A stretch of 64,000 nt of DNA from contig BCGN01000001.1 in the NCBI GenBank assembly GCA_001599295.1, forward strand, positions 2,232,001 through 2,296,000, in the 5' to 3' direction. The notes beneath the pieces are model-generated. The model worked only from the letters and a program-made list of their open reading frames with translations, was not told where the DNA came from and searched no databases. This document shows, one piece after another, positions 21,601-32,841 of this stretch. Origin of the DNA: Sporopachydermia quercuum (Eukaryota). The position numbers were made by a program, and so were the translations under genes. Positions within the stretch are counted from its first letter, which is position 1. The number at the start of each line of letters is the position of its first letter.

Positions 21601-22545
21601 AGCCTTTGACACTGCTTGACGTATTAGAGTATCCTTATGACCCATGTTGGTCATTACTTGGCCAATGATTTGTTCTATAACACTGCTCAGGTCAGTTCCG
21701 CCATCACCATTAGTATCGACAGCCAATTCCAACATATCTTGTTCTTCTAATTCATTTGTAGCTCTTATATAAATCAGACAAAGCTTTGATAAGTTCTTGA
21801 TGATAAGTTTCATCTCATCACTGTTGTTGTTGCTATTGTCGGATAGTTCTATGATTTCATAATGCTTTGCCAATGTACGTTTCAGCAGGGACGTTCTTGC
21901 TACTATCAAGAGTTTAGCCAGACATTCCAAATAGCCCAGTTTTGCAAAGACAGTTATTCTGTCGGTTCTTACTTGCTGTAATACATATTCGTAGAATTGG
22001 TCTAAGAATGATACAGTATCAGCTCGCGCTAGGAACCTAGCCATTAACCAGGCAGCACCTTCTCTTTCTTTCCCAGGCTTTTCAATGAAAAATAAAGCTA
22101 AATTGAAAATTTGTTGGTTTATATTTTTATCAATAGAAACTAAAGCAAATGGAACTAACACTACTATTGAAAGCCATAACAATATGATATACCTCTCTTC
22201 CCATGATAGATTCTGTTGATTCTCTTCAGAGGATATGATACTTAATAGCTTAGGCAAAAGATTGACTTCTGACTGGAAAAGGGTAGAGACTGTTTTCACA
22301 CCTCTCACTTTGCAAAGTAAGTAAAGAGCAATAGCGTAATCTTTGTTTTTTGTTAGTAGGTACTTTTCGGATGCTGTAGATACAAGTCTGGTGATGATTG
22401 GATCTAGCAATTGAGGACAGACGCTAAATGTGTCTAGAATGGCTTGGAATTGCTTTATTGTTGCTGGGTTTTCAAGAATTTGAAGTAACTGGTCGTGGAG
22501 TTCTATAACCTTGCTGCTGCTTGGCAGCAAGTCTTCATTATCCAT
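18700..22545 (-). CDS. CIN1: Tubulin-folding cofactor D
   Basis: LCKVRGVKTV, WEERYIILLWLS, GANVRDSACFAIWA, ACFDREINVRRAAAATTQEAIGRH, DYRVTEQGDVGSITREA are TBCD motifs. Confidence 0.93.
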   Translation of the reverse strand: MDNEDLLPSSSKVIELHDQLLQILENPATIKQFQAILDTFSVCPQLLDPIITRLVSTASEKYLLTKNKDYAIALYLLCKVRGVKTVSTLFQSEVNLLPKLLSIISSEENQQNLSWEERYIILLWLSIVVLVPFALVSIDKNINQQIFNLALFFIEKPGKEREGAAWLMARFLARADTVSFLDQFYEYVLQQVRTDRITVFAKLGYLECLAKLLIVARTSLLKRTLAKHYEIIELSDNSNNNSDEMKLIIKNLSKLCLIYIRATNELEEQDMLELAVDTNGDGGTDLSSVIEQIIGQVMTNMGHKDTLIRQAVSKALARIAQALQDGDLALEIXFQTLQELEIPDFDPSDFEHIHLTHSIDFNIVSANKWHTVMLTIGEFFLKQLIPDNVLPMVISILSNALTFEQERITYAVGANVRDSACFAIWAMVRNKHSKTLENTNIETIIKKLVSVACFDREINVRRAAAATTQEAIGRHNSIMGFSSDDSNINTTINNTTVNNHQMEXKHLLGVVQALDFVSIGRINQSYLTVAFNIDTTCSWFQSSMIDYLINNSLTSWDPKVRKLSSEAIGRFYSRLGINKRRELICSLLERQGHTYGISYGLAECLTXETSMAYENRKLKKVAHQQFSLTPKEVHQLSQWLVDNGKTIDNVRDPTYKAEEFLTLYHSLLSYRSIVSEDVCTTNANVNDKTDNINNPSTIIEQLDDNLKACHQFLLIILRRNDKSLRTQFQAISELLSFLEETSIDRWINLIEYGSVNTSYALFYLPMFQLAKDDSNNLTNSIPHFHKVMELMLSGKLAPEQTAGLLYGLSHILNNFDITAIGTTSPITNLINQLMATICILLNDYRVTEQGDVGSITREAVMQAVFSNWVFFDCYFKRSAVGDVIKTSIIKGLLRCTFDAIDRLRMKALLVLITLDVQFVKDILTENELGGVVKEVFDNRQTYIIGDRNSGISDSNNSSSSMNTNSINTTTGIAIAIENTNNIPESSTLEQMSKTSAFTSLQQFFHIILKIFQFTVKTSEHLNQVETAAAEDQKLYDEMNSFYTELTRGLVYCAGAITISDSSKAAIYSTYIDFFSKSDDAIKSSLLRRLIYVLKFPMDNGDELISIINKNCTANTGNNDTSLPNININFSLFTREKEKKTVTTCLNVIMSTLESGIPIPDFNQNTLFIRAFNLHLGSINHWRMSSCIRIFSWLAINSYDENIRRKANKELLRLVIEYKVNSVRRVAAEGLVDVLTEMLNKVEEEAPQKVEIAEETLILLEETDWSSFDRPVDRLKELMSQL

Positions 22546-23426
22546 TCTCAGTGTTTGGTTGATGTGTCATTGAGTACGTTAGTATACATATATTGATGAT
22601 CTGCGGAAGGGAAGAGATACCATGAAAACGAGCAGACCTGTAAGTCTACAGAGAAGAGTAAAATGAATCTAAATAAATTTAACGTTGGTTTGAATATAAA
22701 ATAGTATTGGCGGTATCTCTTTTGCTTTTTGAATTGCTTTCATCACTAATAAGTGTTGATAGTGAGTGTGTAGATAAAAAGAGAGAAAACAGAACAATGA
22801 TAGTTTTTTTGCTGGTATGGAGAAAACTTCGGAAATGATGGGACATTTGATAAGGAATATTTCGGAGATTACTGAGTAGAATTACGGAGACCATACAATT
22901 CTATTGAATACTGTATCGCACGCAATTACTGTTACCACTTAAATAACAAAGAGGCACAAATGTAAAATGAATAATAATAGAATAGATTTATGCTCTTGAT
23001 TGCTCAATCTTCATTTGTTCCATTTTCCTTCTATTGGAAAGCTTCTCTTCATTAACCAAAGGCTCTCTATCATGGGTATTAGCATATGTACTCTCCAGAT
23101 CACGTAATCATTTAACTGCTTCTTATAGGAGACAAACCAAAACTTTATCCCTCTTTAAGTATCTGGTTGACCAGGGCAAGCTGATCTATCAGGGTAGAAA
23201 GTATTGATAAAATAAACAAAGACCTCTTCAGCAAAGCTACTGTTTTGATACCGAAAATATATTAATTCTACCTCGTGAAATACAATCATTCTTGAAATTT
23301 TATTTTTTTCAGCTGAGAAAACTTTTAGATAGTGTACTAGCAGATGAAGAGCATCTTTGGGGATACATAAAGTAGAGGTTGGCTATTGGATACTATCTGA
23401 TAGTTCTATCTTCTCATACAAACATA

Positions 23427-25229
23427 ATGAGCTATAATAAAAGGCCACAGCATGGAAATCGAAATAACCGATCAAATCGGCCGTATTCACGGGACAATAG
23501 AAAACTGCAAGCTCTGGAAGTGAAAAACATCAACACTGTCTTTGACGCTGAACCTTCAAAAGCATTTGCTCCGCTAGATTACGGAATAGTGGAGAGAGCC
23601 AAACCTATTGACAAGGAAGAATCTAATGATAAGCCTTTACCATCTTTACGTGAGTTTTGGAATTTCAACTTAAATTAATGAAGTTTTTGGTGATTTAGTG
23701 AGCATATTGCATATACTAACAAAAGTACAGCTGAAAGACCTCTATACAGCTTAAATATAGCACTAGGACCAACATTTGTCGATACTGAGCACAGTAAACC
23801 TACAGGATCTAAGGTAGCACGATCAGCGTCTAAAAGAAGTGATGGTAATGACATGAAAATACCTGTGTCTTTGCAAGAGTTAAAAGCCATTAGAGGAAGC
23901 ATTGACCCCGGTGTGTACGAAGCTTGGAAAACTAAGATCCATAGTAAGATCACATTACGTTTAGGCGATGAGATAATAGATCTAGAAAATGAATCATTAT
24001 ATGTTTTTGAAGATCCAATCAAAAATAAACTACAGGAAATTCAACAAAGCCTAGCTAGACATGAAGAAGGTAATGGCATTAATGGTGAAATCGGAGGAGA
24101 TACTCTGGCAAGAAATGAAGGCGAAGATGAAGATCAAGAGTCTGAACAGTCTGATCACGATGACAGTGCTATTCATAGAGCAAGAACTGTTGCTCCTGAA
24201 GCAGTCCTAAGGATGGTTGACTCCTCACTGGTAGATGGAGACGATGATGATGAAAATGATCAAGCTGATGCCAGTATGCTCTCCAACCCAGTCGGAGAGC
24301 ATTATAAAGGCAATGATGAAGAATTTTTGGATTCAGCACCTAAAGGACCTAAAGCATTTGTTCTTAATAGACGGAACAATCAGAACACTCATTTTGGTAG
24401 ACTGAATGAATCCAACGGATTCCGAGAAAGGACTTCAGGTTTTTTATCTGCTGGTGCTGCCGCTGGTCCCAGTACCTTGATGAATGATCATGATCGTGGT
24501 TTTGCTTTCACTTCTTGGTATAGCGACAAGGAAAGAGCAATGGGAATACCTAAAAATCGGCCGTTTACCTCGCCCGGTGTAGTTGAACATAATAAAGCTA
24601 CAGGATATGGCTCTATTCCTAATTATAAACGTGGAAACAGACCTAATAATGATCTTTACTATCTACAACAGAACAACGATCATTTACTAGGGCAGAAAAA
24701 TAACTTCCGTCCCGACAACTCTCATAGGATTCCCAATCAAATGATTATATCTCAAGACGATTTTCTACCCAATAGACCTGCGTATGACAGTGCTCCAGGT
24801 CCTATCATGGCAGGAGGTAAAAATAACAGTATATGGAATACCAATAGTACCAATAGCAGCGCTAGCAGCAATAACCATCATAATAACAATGATTTCTTCA
24901 ACGATGATGAACCAGGAAGATTCTCTACGCCTTATATCAGAAGAACTACAGACTCAAGGTGGGCGAATGAAGTGGCATACAGTACACCTGGAAGTGCTCA
25001 GAAGAGAGCACGTGAAATAGAGCTGAGTATGAGTCAAGAATATATGGAGGAGATCAATAGTCCTTATATGATGAATGGAAATAATTTTGGGCAACATTAT
25101 GGACACTATAGACCAGTCAAAAGACTTGCTTCTGGTTCTGGATCAGTGCCAATTCCTAGTCCCGGACCAGGATCACGACAAGCATCTGGCTTTAGGAAAT
25201 GGGGGAATAATGAGTCAAGAAAGTATTAA
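23427..25229 (+). CDS. Uncharacterised spliced protein (~573 aa), largely low-complexity; exons 23427-23649 and 23731-25229
   Basis: Intron 23650-23730 (GTGAGT...TACTAAC...CAG) joins the two ORF-track fragments in frame and removes the in-frame TAA. Confidence 0.75.
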
Positions 25230-25432
25230 AATAGTTAGAGAGGGATCATTTTTTCTTGTTATTTACATTATTCCGCATGTACGAGCATATAATTGGAAAT
25301 AATAATTATAACTGCAGCATCAGCCTCTTCATATTGTATTCAACGTGATGTAATGGTGAAATTCTATGTACAAATCATGCCTTAACTGGCACCTTCATCG
25401 TCGCGAAAGCATCAATCTCCTCCCTAAATTCA

Positions 25433-25702
25433 CTACACTGACCTTTTTTCCACAGTGTACCCCTTGACTGGCTTTCTCTCGGCACGGATTTGTTGAATGT
25501 TCTTATACTCTGACGATACTTCGACATCAACTAAATTCTTCACTTTGAGAATCTGACCAGCGACAGATGGCGTCACTGGTCTATATACAATTCTTCCTCT
25601 TTTGAATAGACCCAGAGAATTGAGAACTTTGTCATAAGAATCGGGCAAACCTATCGTAGATCTTATCTGAGTTATTTTGTAGAAAAGTTTGTGAGCGCTC
25701 AT
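25433..25702 (-). CDS. MRPL33: Mitochondrial ribosomal protein uL30m
   Basis: FYKITQIRSTIGLP...LGLFKRG...VAGQILKVKNLVDVE matches the L30 family. Confidence 0.9.
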   Translation of the reverse strand: MSAHKLFYKITQIRSTIGLPDSYDKVLNSLGLFKRGRIVYRPVTPSVAGQILKVKNLVDVEVSSEYKNIQQIRAERKPVKGYTVEKRSV

Positions 25703-26564
25703 TTTGAATGGGCTAGATTAGATAGATTACTTAGTTAGGATTGACAGAATTCTAGCTGTTTTATGGTGTAGGATTCCCTGTTATTTGTTATTTATCCCAG
25801 GAGTTTTTGTTTCTTTGTCTCGGATTGATCTATGCTATTATTTATCACGCATATGTCATAATCGTACAGAGCGCCAATAGATAGCTTAAGCCGAACAACT
25901 GTGAACAACTGATGCGGATTGTATAATGTTAATCCAACTAACAAAATCTGAAAATTTGTCCGTTGATTATTTTCTCCTTCCTATTGAATTACCCTGTTTC
26001 CAAATATACGTATACGTCATACAGTCAATATCCTCATACATAACCATAGCACACATAGTAGACACTTCTTGAACCAACTGCCTTCAAACAATCAATAATG
26101 CTTGTGGTTGAGTTTTCATTTTGTTACCGGAGAGGTTACCCGCTTTTTGCATATAGAACTCGATTGTTACGTTATCAATAAATAAAAATACAAGTATTTT
26201 GGGGGATACCGAAGATTGTTTGAGTCTGGTTTCAGGAAAAGGAACTTGACTGATCATGTATTTTTGATTACGTAATATAGTATATGAGAGTAGTATTTAA
26301 GGCTGGAAGGGGTATTGTTATTTGAAAGGGTCAATTGTAATATTGATTGATATGATGAACTGTTATTGCAATTGCTAATGTTAAACATGAGGATCTAAGT
26401 TTGAAGTAGGAAAGACTAGATTTTATGGGAGCTATATGCGTTCTCAGGCTCTGTTGCTAGCAGGGTTACTTTTTGGTAGGTTTTAGAAGATTTTGGTGTT
26501 AGTCTTGAAGAGGTCAAAGGAACGGTGCGCCATGGAAGCATAATCATAGTTAGAAGGAACAAAG

Positions 26565-28865
26565 ATGACAGATAGGTATAATTATGAAGAAGACGACGAT
26601 GAGCAGGTTGTCGGTGATGTTGTAAGTCTATTTCATGGGTAGGTCGAAAGAAAATTGGAGGTTGGGTTTTGTTCCTATGCTCCAAGTAATTGTACTCCTT
26701 TCGTTAACGCCTATTTAAGTATGATTAGCGAGAAGCAGATCTAACGTAGTTCTACTCCAGGAATTCGAAACGAAAGAAGCCTTTTTATTTGTCATTGATG
26801 GATCATCATCGATGATGACAGAGTCTCCGGAACTGGGACAATCGCCGGTGAGACTGATCTTAGAATCTATCTTAGAGCTCATGAGAATATCTGTAATTAC
26901 TTCACCAGATAACTTAGCAGGTATAACTTTCTATAACAGTACTTACTCTGGTAATGATGATAATGATAGCAGATCTACTGGTTCAGATGATATGTTTGAT
27001 TTCCTGGAATTAGACGAATTGGACTCGTATGGTCTTAAAAGACTAAAGATCCTATTGGATGGTAAGTGTGAAATGCTCAGACTTTGTTGGGGTGGTGAGT
27101 TGATAGTAGTAAGACATATCACGAATTTAATTCTAACGACGCTGCTATNCTTTACATTATAGATGAGGGGGAATTAGAAAATAGAATCAAGCCTAGCAGT
27201 GTGAAAACACCAGTTTCAACAGTCCTATCAAAAGTAAAAGTGGATTTCCAAGATAAAGCGGGCAAAGTCCTGATTAAAAGACTGTTTTTCTTTACCGATG
27301 ATGATAATCCACATATCCATGAACCTGTAGAGAAAAGAGCAATTCTCAGTCAAACTGCACACAATATCACCAAGGATATCATCGACTCTAGAATTGGAGT
27401 TATACCTTTTTTTATAGGCAGTGAAAGCAAACCGTTTGACCCTAGTGTATTTTACGAAGACATATTTATGCTTGATCAAAATCCAACAGCTGAGACATCT
27501 GAGTTAGAAGATATATTTGATGGGCCTTTGATTAGGGCGATAAATGTACGAGATATCAAAGGAATGATCATGGATAAGAAAACACTGAAAAGGACACTCT
27601 TTCAAAATACTCTGGAAATATGTCCTAATGGCGAAAGCAGTAAGAAACTACAAATTGGCGTAAAGGGATATTCTGTTCTAACAAGGGAAAAGCCCAAAAG
27701 ATTCAGGTTTGTTTTCACTGGACAAACACCAACAAATCTTGATGATAACTTGGATACAAAAGCCATGATTGATACTGATAACGAAGATCTCTACCGTAAT
27801 CAAGAAGCGGAAGCTGTTACTCAGCTATTCAATGCATCAACAGGCGAATTGGTAGACTCTTCAACTGTCATACGAGCATATAATTTTGGTGGTCAGTATA
27901 TTTCGTTCACCAAAGCACAAATGAACAAAATTAGAAACATAGACAGCGTAGAACCTTCGTTGCGTATTATTGGGTTCAGAGATATAGATAGAGCGAACTT
28001 GCTCTATCAAAATGTGCGGCAATCTGTGTTTTTATACCCATCTGATGATGTATTTACTAATTCATACCGTGTTTTTTCAGCACTATACCAATCTATGTTC
28101 AATAAGAACAGACTGGCTATAGTATGGGGTAAAATGAGATTCAACTCTAATGCTACAATGTATGCATTACTCCCAAGCAGAACTAAAGCAATCTCTTACT
28201 CTCAGGAAGAACAAGGAGAAGGGAATGGGAAGCAGAAAGCAAAAAGACTCTCTAAGCTTGATAAGAAGATGCCAGAAGGTTTCTTCCTTATCACGTTACC
28301 GTTTGCTGATGATATAAGATCATCTCCTCAGAACCAGTATAACGTAGAAGCAAGTAAAGAGTTGAAAGATCAATTTGAGGCTATAGTTAAGCAACTGCAT
28401 GTCCCTTCTCCTTTTGATCCTAATAGTTATAGCAACCCAACTCTACAGTGGCATAACAAGATCCTCGAGAGTTTGGCCCTTAATGAAAGTGTGCCTGATG
28501 TAGATGACATTGTCGATAAGACAATCCCTAAATATTCAAAAATTATGTCTAGGGCAGGAAAGCAAATTGTGACTTACAATAAGCTATTGGAAGGAGAGTT
28601 AGAATTGCAAAGACAACTGGTTGTTGAAGATGAGAAAAACTCGAAGCTCAAAAGCGACAAAAAGACTAAGACTATTGCTGCTCCAGTTGATATTCCATCA
28701 ATTGATGAAATGAGAGAAAAAGCCAAGGCGCATGCAGTGAATAAACTGACTGCGAAAACACTGAAAACTTGGCTCCAGATAAATTATGCATTGCCAGAGG
28801 ATGGCACGACTAAGCCGTTCTTGGTTGAAGCTGTGTATTTTTATTTTAAGAAAGAAGGTTTGTAG
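26565..28865 (+). CDS. YKU70: Ku70 DNA end-binding subunit (~686 aa); exons 26565-26621, 26761-27061, 27163-28865
   Basis: Two GTAAGT introns (branch ATCTAAC, TTCTAAC) restore the vWA start KEAFLFVIDGSSSM; KRLFFFTDDDNP, LPFADDIR, YSNPTLQWHNKILESLAL; SAP-like tail. Confidence 0.92.
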
Positions 28866-29302
28866 GGCAAGTAGTAGATAATATGAAAAGTGTAGTGGTG
28901 GTCGTTCTAGATTATGAAAGAGATAAAAACACTCGAATGAATGATGCAATGAGATTCCTATGTTTAAACAGATGAACGACACAAAGAATCTTATGAAATG
29001 AAAGGATTATTCAAATAAAATTTAATATGTATGAATGTATAAGGATCGTTATATTTATTCAATTGATTATGAAGCACCATAAAAGAATAATGGTAATTCA
29101 GCTTATTAGTCTCTGCGTCTCGATAAGAGAATATCGGAAATCATGTAANACACTGCAAAAATAATCAGACAAAATGTCTTGTATTGTCTCANATACCTCT
29201 GCATTCTTTTGTCAGAGACAATACGGATTCCGAGTGTTAAAAATGATTGTCAATAAGCAGGCAGAAAAGTTTGTGTTGCATGACAAAGAGAACTATTTAC
29301 AG

Positions 29303-29309
29303 CCAATCA
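29303..29309 (+). promoter_or_regulatory. CCAAT box (HAP-complex type) upstream of COA2
   Basis: AGCCAATCA about 500 bp upstream of a respiratory assembly gene; short motif, could be chance. Confidence 0.3.
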
Positions 29310-29810
29310 TGTCTGAGTAATTATGACAAACCCATGAAAATCTTAAGGCTCTGTGGCTTAGCATTGCGCCACTTTCCTATTATGTGATTAAAGTTCGCAT
29401 CTTCCATAATAGAAATTTTCAAAATGAATTGAGTGGTTCATCTCAAAAATGAAAGAACTCCAAATAACCACACCACTTATTCGCACTTTAACTCTTGTCT
29501 CGAGCTCTGGGAGGATCCTTGTTTACACTTACGTTATACGCCAGACGTTACACTTTTACTTGGTATCATATTATTTCGTTGTCATTCACCATATATTCAA
29601 TCATCCTTGATTGTGTTTGCATTCTGTGCGGTACTTTCTATTCTTGTGCGTCTCCGTTCATCTAATTGGTGTGGTTGGAGTGTTTTCCTCGAGTTTACAA
29701 TTCGTNAGCAATTCATAAAACAACGAAGACAACGAAGACAACGATTCGCAAGCTGGGGTAAGACAAGTCTTGAACCTACAATCAACAATAGTCTAAATCA
29801 AATATATAAC

Positions 29811-30146
29811 ATGTTTATTAAAGCAGCAACGAGGAATCGATTAACAAGCTCTTTGTTTTCGACAACATTCATTATTGCATTAGCAACAGTATCAGTTTCC
29901 CATCTATTCCCCTGCCCTGTTTCACAGAATCTCGATAATGATTCAAAAGAAAAGGGTGTTCGAACGAAATTACGACGTAGTGAAAAGGTTCAGCTAAGAA
30001 GAGAATTGGAGGAAGAACTAGGATGTCAATCAGAGCTAGGTTCGCTACTTCTATCAAGGGTGTGCTCCTTAGCAAACTTCAGATCTAGTGAGGAACCTGT
30101 AAGTGAATGGAGTGGAAAGAACATTGTCATAGTTGATTCAAAATGA
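29811..30146 (+). CDS. COA2: Cytochrome c oxidase assembly factor 2 homolog (111 aa)
   Basis: AATRNRLTSSLFSTTFIIALATVSVSHLFPCP parallels the Coa2 TRN...FSTF...LPCP motif; ATG at 29811 with A at -3. Confidence 0.8.
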   Translation: MFIKAATRNRLTSSLFSTTFIIALATVSVSHLFPCPVSQNLDNDSKEKGVRTKLRRSEKVQLRRELEEELGCQSELGSLLLSRVCSLANFRSSEEPVSEWSGKNIVIVDSK

Positions 30147-31094
30147 AGTGTTATAAGAATAAGAAGACAGAAGCATAAGGAAGAGTAGGGTTGACTTCGT
30201 AGGATTGACCTCCATGGAGAGCGGTTGGCTCTGGGTAGAGTCATGTTACTGAAGTATCTAATTCATACAACAAATTGGTTCAAGAATATGATCTGTTGAT
30301 CATTACTGAAAGAAGGACCGACATTACAAGCATTTTAATTCATCATTGACTTGCTTATTGCATACAATGGAGTAATACCATTTGAACTTATCATTATATA
30401 TATATTCTACACAGGGAGGCTACTATAGTATTATAAATAAAGCTGGTAGTTAGTATCATAGTTGCGTAAAACTATGGAACAAAACACTACTGTTTGTATT
30501 TATTTCATGAAATGTGTTATTGTCTATTACAGTTAATTCGTTAGTCTTTTCTCTACTACCACTCATCAGTTATTAACTTGTTCATTTGCCCTCGTTTTAG
30601 TTCTTCGAATTGTACGTCAAGGATACTCAAAGTCTGTTGTTTCTTTGCTGTCAAATTTGAATTCCTGTTCTTTGACTGGCTGGCTTCTTTTACGTTTGCT
30701 TGTCACGTTTTGTCCAGTATGTCCAGTTTGTCCAATTTCACAAACACCACCAAGAGACAAATACTGGAAAAAAGGCTTTCAGTCTACAGCACTGATAAAT
30801 CACGTGTCATATTATAGGGTAAATACTGTTGGTTTAATTAGGAAGTTTTCAATAATCTCAGATTAACTTATCTAATGGATGACCAGCAAACCCACGCAAT
30901 GAGACTAGGTTCAGGAATGTCCTAACTTTCCACATGGGAAGGTAGGAAGCACACTCATTATAAGCGTAGTAAGTAGCCTATTACACTATCTATAAACTGA
31001 GTCCATTACAACACAATTATTCAGATATCATTGTTGGAGATTGTGATCATAATAATTGTTGTCTTTCATATAATCAACAAGAATAATATTCAAG

Positions 31095-31529
31095 ATGAGC
31101 TACAACAACGAAAAGGACTCGAAGGTCGAGGACGTCTCTGCCCCCGTCCACAAGATCAAGATCTCTTTGACTTCCACCAAGGTGAAGAAGCTNGAAAATG
31201 GTATGTACATTCTAGATGCTTCATTAGAGGATAGTCGAGGAATGTAAGAAATACTAACGGTTAATATAGTCGCTGCCAACATTTTGAAGACTGCTGATGA
31301 ACTCAAGTTCTACAGAAAGGGTCTTACCAGATTACCAACCAGAGTTTTAAAGATCACCACCAGAAAGACCCCTAATGGTGAAGGTTCCAAGACCTGGGAT
31401 ACTTATGAAATGAGAATTCACAAGAGAATCATCATTTTACAAGCTCCTGCTGCTGCTGTTCAAAAGCTCACCAGATTCACCATTGAACCTGGTGTGGATA
31501 TCGAAGTCACTATGGCTGAAAATGCTTAA
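31095..31529 (+). CDS. RPS20: 40S ribosomal protein uS10 (121 aa); exons 31095-31200 and 31270-31529
   Basis: HKIKISLTSTKVKKLE, RKTPNGEGSKTWDTYEMRIHKR; intron GTATGT...TACTAAC...TAG; strongly biased codons. Confidence 0.96.
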
Positions 31530-32106
31530 ACGTTTCAAGAACATTTGAATCTGGCATTATTCAACATGCAATTAATTTAGTTTCAATCGTTTCATGTCTT
31601 GTATTTTTCGAATAAACGGTATGATTGTGTTATATTGTGTGGTATCGGTCTCTTTTAATGTGAGAATGAGTTTTTGGATTTTGGGCTTGATTTAAAGTGT
31701 ATGACGCGTATGTTTAAATTAAGGATAGCACTCTTTTCTTTCGATGTTCTCTTGTTTAACTCTCGCTTTTTGGGTTTTCAATTGTGAAGTTGACATTAGT
31801 GGTGTCATGATTTTACCAGGAACAGAGATAGGATAGTTTAGCAATCCTTGCTTGTTAATTACCCACTGTATCTCTAATTGTCAATATATTACACTCTTGC
31901 CTGATTTCTATTTATGAATTCTTTCATACTTATAATATAAAATTTAAAGAAATGACCGCAATTCGTAGATATTCATTGTAGAATGCATATTGCCATTCAA
32001 CTGTCCAAGCATTTTGTAACAAAGAATACTACATCAACAGGAGACAAAAGAATACAGTATACACAATCTAGTAACATCAATTGGTCTTCTATTCTATGTA
32101 AAGCTA

Positions 32107-32841
32107 TTAGATAGTTGGAAAGACACATTCCTGAACCCACCACTTGTGTACTCGTATGTCATCTGTCAATTCTGGATGAAAACTAATGCCGAAGACGTTA
32201 CCTTGTTTAACAGCGACAATCTTTTCATCTTTCTTGCCTAGAATTTCCACCTCTTCAATGTGATAGTTTTCGTTTCTTGGTTTAACGGATGGTGCAACCA
32301 CATTTTTATCATCGTTCATATCCTCTGTAACAGCATTACTTAGTATTGACTTCACAATGGGAGCTCGGATAAAAACGCCAGGAAATGGTTTCGGTAAAAA
32401 CCTCAATTCTATAGCCTGCGAGAATGATTCCGTTTGACGACCAAAATGATTTCGCTCTACACAGACATCTAAACCTCCGATTAACTCTTGGCCTCCTCTT
32501 TTAACACGATCTGCCTCTTCGGCTAATAAAATCATTCCGGCACATGTTCCCCATGTCGGTTTCCTTTCAAACTTAACGAAGCTTCTCAAAGGCTCAAGCA
32601 ATCCAGTTCTTTCTGCAACCAGCGAGATCGCTGTGCTTTCTCCTCCTGGAATAATCAATGCATCGCACTCACTTAACTGTTCCGTCGTTCGGATTTCTTT
32701 TATAAAAGTTCGTTTCACACCTTTACTTTTCAGTATTTCATTCAATTCATCATCTTTCAATAGTTTTTCCAAACATGTGATGTGTTCTTTGAATGCCCCT
32801 TGCAGTGCAAGAACTCCAATCGTCAAATTTGTGTTTGTCAT
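32107..32841 (-). CDS. SNO1: PLP synthase glutaminase subunit (Pdx2)
   Basis: IGVLALQGAFKEH, IIPGGEST, WGTCAGMILL, VFIRAP, FHPELT catalytic motifs. Confidence 0.94.
   Translation of the reverse strand: MTNTNLTIGVLALQGAFKEHITCLEKLLKDDELNEILKSKGVKRTFIKEIRTTEQLSECDALIIPGGESTAISLVAERTGLLEPLRSFVKFERKPTWGTCAGMILLAEEADRVKRGGQELIGGLDVCVERNHFGRQTESFSQAIELRFLPKPFPGVFIRAPIVKSILSNAVTEDMNDDKNVVAPSVKPRNENYHIEEVEILGKKDEKIVAVKQGNVFGISFHPELTDDIRVHKWWVQECVFPTI

Noticed and set aside
29433..29810. N-terminal extension of the COA2 ORF including (CAACGAAGA)n
   Set aside because: GTG start and no homology; most likely promoter/5' UTR
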